Positions 24,967-28,796 of a stretch of 28,796 nt of DNA are shown here, in pieces. Numbering within the stretch: position 1 is the first letter of the stretch; each line of letters starts with the position of its first letter. The notes beneath the pieces are model-generated. The model ran no database searches and was not told the DNA's origin. It worked only from the letters and a program-made list of their open reading frames with translations. The position numbers and the translations under genes were made by a program. The stretch is from a virus (Duplodnaviria > Caudoviricetes), in IMG/VR virus record IMGVR_UViG_3300006802_000389, positions 1 through 28,796 of that record; one strand, given 5' to 3'.

Positions 24967-25506
24967 TTGGCTAGTAGCTCCTCGAACAAGCAGCCGTTAC
25001 TGATCGATCGGCCGTTGCATTCATTTGCAACGATTGGTGGAACGGCTGGCCTAACTAGTGCCACCAACTTCAATACCCCGAGCGGATCAGGGCTGACGCT
25101 ACTGATTGATTGCAGCGGAAACGACGGCGCCTTTATTGATTCACTGTCGGTTCTGATTACGGAGGCTTCGACGACAACCAGTACGGTCCTCGCCTTCCTG
25201 AGTACTGCTGCGACAAATGCATCGATCACAGCGCTGAATTCAGCTTGCGTAGCCAGTGTCGCGATCCCTGGAGGTAGCGCGGCGGGGCAGCGCGTCAACA
25301 TGACGCTTCCTCCTGTCACGGTGCCTGTGCCAAATCTGGCGTCTCCCGCTGCGACGATGGCAACCTATCCAACGGAGACAGATAAAAAGAATACGGGCCT
25401 GTTTGTGCCGTCTGGCGCGCTGATATACGTGGGCGTGACGGCCGCGCTTAGCAGCCCAAGTGCGGCAACGCGGGTGAATGTATTCGCCCAGGGCGGCTTC
25501 TACTAA
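24967..25506 (+). CDS. Probable virion structural protein
   Basis: Ser/Thr/Ala-rich beta protein ending AQGGFY; TAGACT at 24924. Confidence 0.7.
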   Translation: MASSSSNKQPLLIDRPLHSFATIGGTAGLTSATNFNTPSGSGLTLLIDCSGNDGAFIDSLSVLITEASTTTSTVLAFLSTAATNASITALNSACVASVAIPGGSAAGQRVNMTLPPVTVPVPNLASPAATMATYPTETDKKNTGLFVPSGALIYVGVTAALSSPSAATRVNVFAQGGFY

Positions 25507-25524
25507 CTGCGGAGGTGACTAAGC

Positions 25525-26357
<833 letters not shown>

Positions 26358-26358
<1 letters not shown>

Positions 26359-27767
26359 TGGCTAGGCGGGTCGGCTCTCGCGTCGACGGCGGCATGGGGC
26401 TGGGTTCAATATCGCGCGCAACAGCAAAGAAAGCGTCCGGAATTTATCCAAGCAAGGGAGAAGGACTAGGCGACTACGGCAGTACGGCATTTCCGACTGT
26501 GCTGGAATCGTACAACCGCGATAGCGACTACAAGCGCTGGCGATTAGGGCAGGAATATTTCTTTGGAACAGGAAGGAGCTGGGGCGATTACCAGATCTAC
26601 AGCTTGGCGCGATTCGTGACTGGCGCCGTAGACGGCACGTCCAAGGAGGTGACAACGCTATTCCCGAGTCAAACTTCGCCCGAACGCGCATGGTACGCCA
26701 GTTGCCGAACAAGGGGGAGCATTATTCTTCCTGGAGCGATTACCGCAGCGCGCGTAACGCTTAATACAAGCGGCACGGACCCGTCAACGCATACCCTGAC
26801 ACTGAATGTGCTGGGCATTCTGACAGCCGCTCAGCTGGGAGTATTCAATATCTTCATCGGTGACCAGTTTGAGGACTCGGCTAGTAGCGCAAGCTACCCA
26901 AGCGGGCTGATTTCTCGAGACGCAGGTAGTATTGCTCTGACGTTGATCGCAGTCAATACTTCGGCACTGACGATGACGTTTGACTTGTCGCGCCCTGCGG
27001 GACGTGTTGAACGCAATGGCCGGATCTATTGGGACAACTTGCCCTACGACCCCGCGACACCGCGGACCTGGAAGACCGACGGCACGCGATTTCTGTGCTC
27101 GTCGTTCAAGTTCTTTTGCTGCTGCCCAGACCACCTGGGCGGTGCGCTAGCCAACCTGGAGAGGCCCGACAAAGGGCAGCCGCGGGATCGCTTTCCGCTG
27201 CCAAATGCCGCCAGAGACGTCAATTCTGCCTGGGAGCGTCAAGGCGTTGGGTACTACAGGCAGTGGCGCACGCTGCCCAGGCGCAGAGACGAACGACGCG
27301 ACTGCAAGCACATCCATGCCCTGCGCTGGGAGTGCGGCGTGCCATGGCTCGAGCCAGACGATTATCCAACTGGCGAGAATCGGGAATTCCTGGAATTTGC
27401 TGCAGAGGCTGAACGGGGGTATTCAAGCGAGGAGATCATGGAATACTTCCAGACCAGGCAGCTGAACTGGGACCGCTTCCTGCTGTCGGTAGCCGATGTT
27501 GTGGGAATCATCCTGTTCCCTGGTGGCGACCCGCGCGATGCAGTGCGACCCGACGCGAGGCCACTGCTTTGGAATGACAGCGTGGAGCCCCTGGCGATTT
27601 GGTGCCGGCAAAATGACTGGTGGCTGGAGCGCGGCACAAAGCGTCTCAAGATATTCAACAGCGCCGCTAGCGCCTTTGAAGAGCAAGTGACGATCGGAGG
27701 CACGCCTTATCCGATTTTGCAATTTGTACAAGCGGGCAGCGCGGGAGCGCCGGTGATCGTGCCGTGA
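26358..27767 (+). CDS. SWIM-type zinc-finger-containing protein
   Basis: FCCCPDH ... DCKHIHA (CxC-xn-CxH). Confidence 0.7.
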
Positions 27768-27798
27768 GTTTTTAGAATGACGCCAAGGGAGTAGATCG

Positions 27799-28686
27799 AT
27801 GCCCGTAGGAACCGATTCATGGCGCCGGCCGGTCTACATCGATCGGCGCAACAGCAGGTTCTTTGCGGAACCGTTGATTGGCAACGGGGTGTGGCCAGAG
27901 GTCTCACTGACCCTTGGCATGTTTGCAGCGATTCCGGAGAATACTCTTGTTGGCCGGTACGGAAGCGCTGGCACGCCTACGTCGCTAAGCGCCGATGTTG
28001 CGATCGACTTAATCAATACAGCAACAGCGTCAACGATTAACGCCGCCCGCATCGTAGCTGCATCGACATCGAGTGCAGGTGTCGTTCAGTTGACCGATAG
28101 CACTGCAAGCACGAGCACGGCAACAGCTGCGACACCGAATTCGGTCAAGGCTGCGTACGATCTAGCGAATGCCGCCCTGCCGAAAAGCGGAGGGACTGTT
28201 ACCGGGGCTCTTGAGATCGGTGCAACCGGCTCGCTGGTCTTCGAGGGCTCGACAGACAATGCATTTGAATTAACAGTTGCGGCAGCGGACCCCACTGCGG
28301 ACAGGACGGTAACACTGCCAGACGCAACGACGACTATTGCGGGCCTGGCGGTAACGCAGACATTTACCGCCGCGCAACGAGGCGCCATCACGACGCTCAC
28401 GTCAGCAGCTACTGTGACGCCATATTTTGCGGTTGGCAATAATTTTGCCTTGGCGCTCGGCCATAACGCAACCCTGGCAAATCCGGCCAATTTAGCTGCT
28501 GGGCAGTCAGGCGCAATCGTGATCACGCAAGGCGGATCTTATACGTTGAGCTACGGGTCTCAGTGGAAATTCGTCGACGGAACACCGCCAACGGTGGCCA
28601 CTTCGGCGGGGAAGGTATCAGTCCTCGCCTATTACGTTGAAAGTGCTAGCAGGATCGCAGCGCAAATGCTTGTGAATGTCGCATGA
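27799..28686 (+). CDS. Tail fibre protein
   Basis: Tail-fibre repeat ASTSSAGVVQLTDS...AATPNSVKAAYDLA; DPTADRTVTLPD; LANPANLAAGQSG. Confidence 0.8.
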   Translation: MPVGTDSWRRPVYIDRRNSRFFAEPLIGNGVWPEVSLTLGMFAAIPENTLVGRYGSAGTPTSLSADVAIDLINTATASTINAARIVAASTSSAGVVQLTDSTASTSTATAATPNSVKAAYDLANAALPKSGGTVTGALEIGATGSLVFEGSTDNAFELTVAAADPTADRTVTLPDATTTIAGLAVTQTFTAAQRGAITTLTSAATVTPYFAVGNNFALALGHNATLANPANLAAGQSGAIVITQGGSYTLSYGSQWKFVDGTPPTVATSAGKVSVLAYYVESASRIAAQMLVNVA

Positions 28687-28796
28687 TTACGCCAGGATCC
28701 ACCAATCCATTGCTGACCTACAAGAGCACGGCAGCGGCGGCATACCAGATTTCGCGTTCACTGCGATTCAATAGTAGTGACAGCGCCTACTTGTCC
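28683..28796 (+). CDS. Tail/receptor-binding protein, 3'-truncated (LamG-like N-terminus)
   Basis: ATGA coupling; MITPGSTNPLL...YQISRSLRFNSSDSAYLS. Confidence 0.65.
   Translation, partial: MITPGSTNPLLTYKSTAAAAYQISRSLRFNSSDSAYLS

Overview
The window is the virion-morphogenesis region of a GC-rich tailed phage. A cyanobacterial host is inferred from a CP12-like ORF and a cyanophage-type small basic protein. From left to right it holds: a run of Ala/Gly/Gln-rich probable internal-virion genes; a putative TerS; TerL with a Pro1 (class 3-like) LAGLIDADG intein in its Walker A motif; a portal overlapping the scaffold gene; a GH24+M15 endolysin; an inverted block (small basic protein, structural genes, CP12-like ORF, two free-standing LAGLIDADG-like genes); a major capsid gene; and then decoration, HhH, adaptor, poly-Asn, SWIM and tail-fibre genes. 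The ORF track misses the major capsid gene because three group I introns split it into four exons (18558-18569, 19368-19499, 20423-21127, 21405-21698; 380 aa spliced). Intron 1 carries an antisense HNH endonuclease, intron 2 a frameshifted LAGLIDADG endonuclease, and intron 3 has no ORF. A TA(G/A/C/T)xxT -10-like motif precedes many gene starts on both strands. Calls come from manual reading, without database searches.
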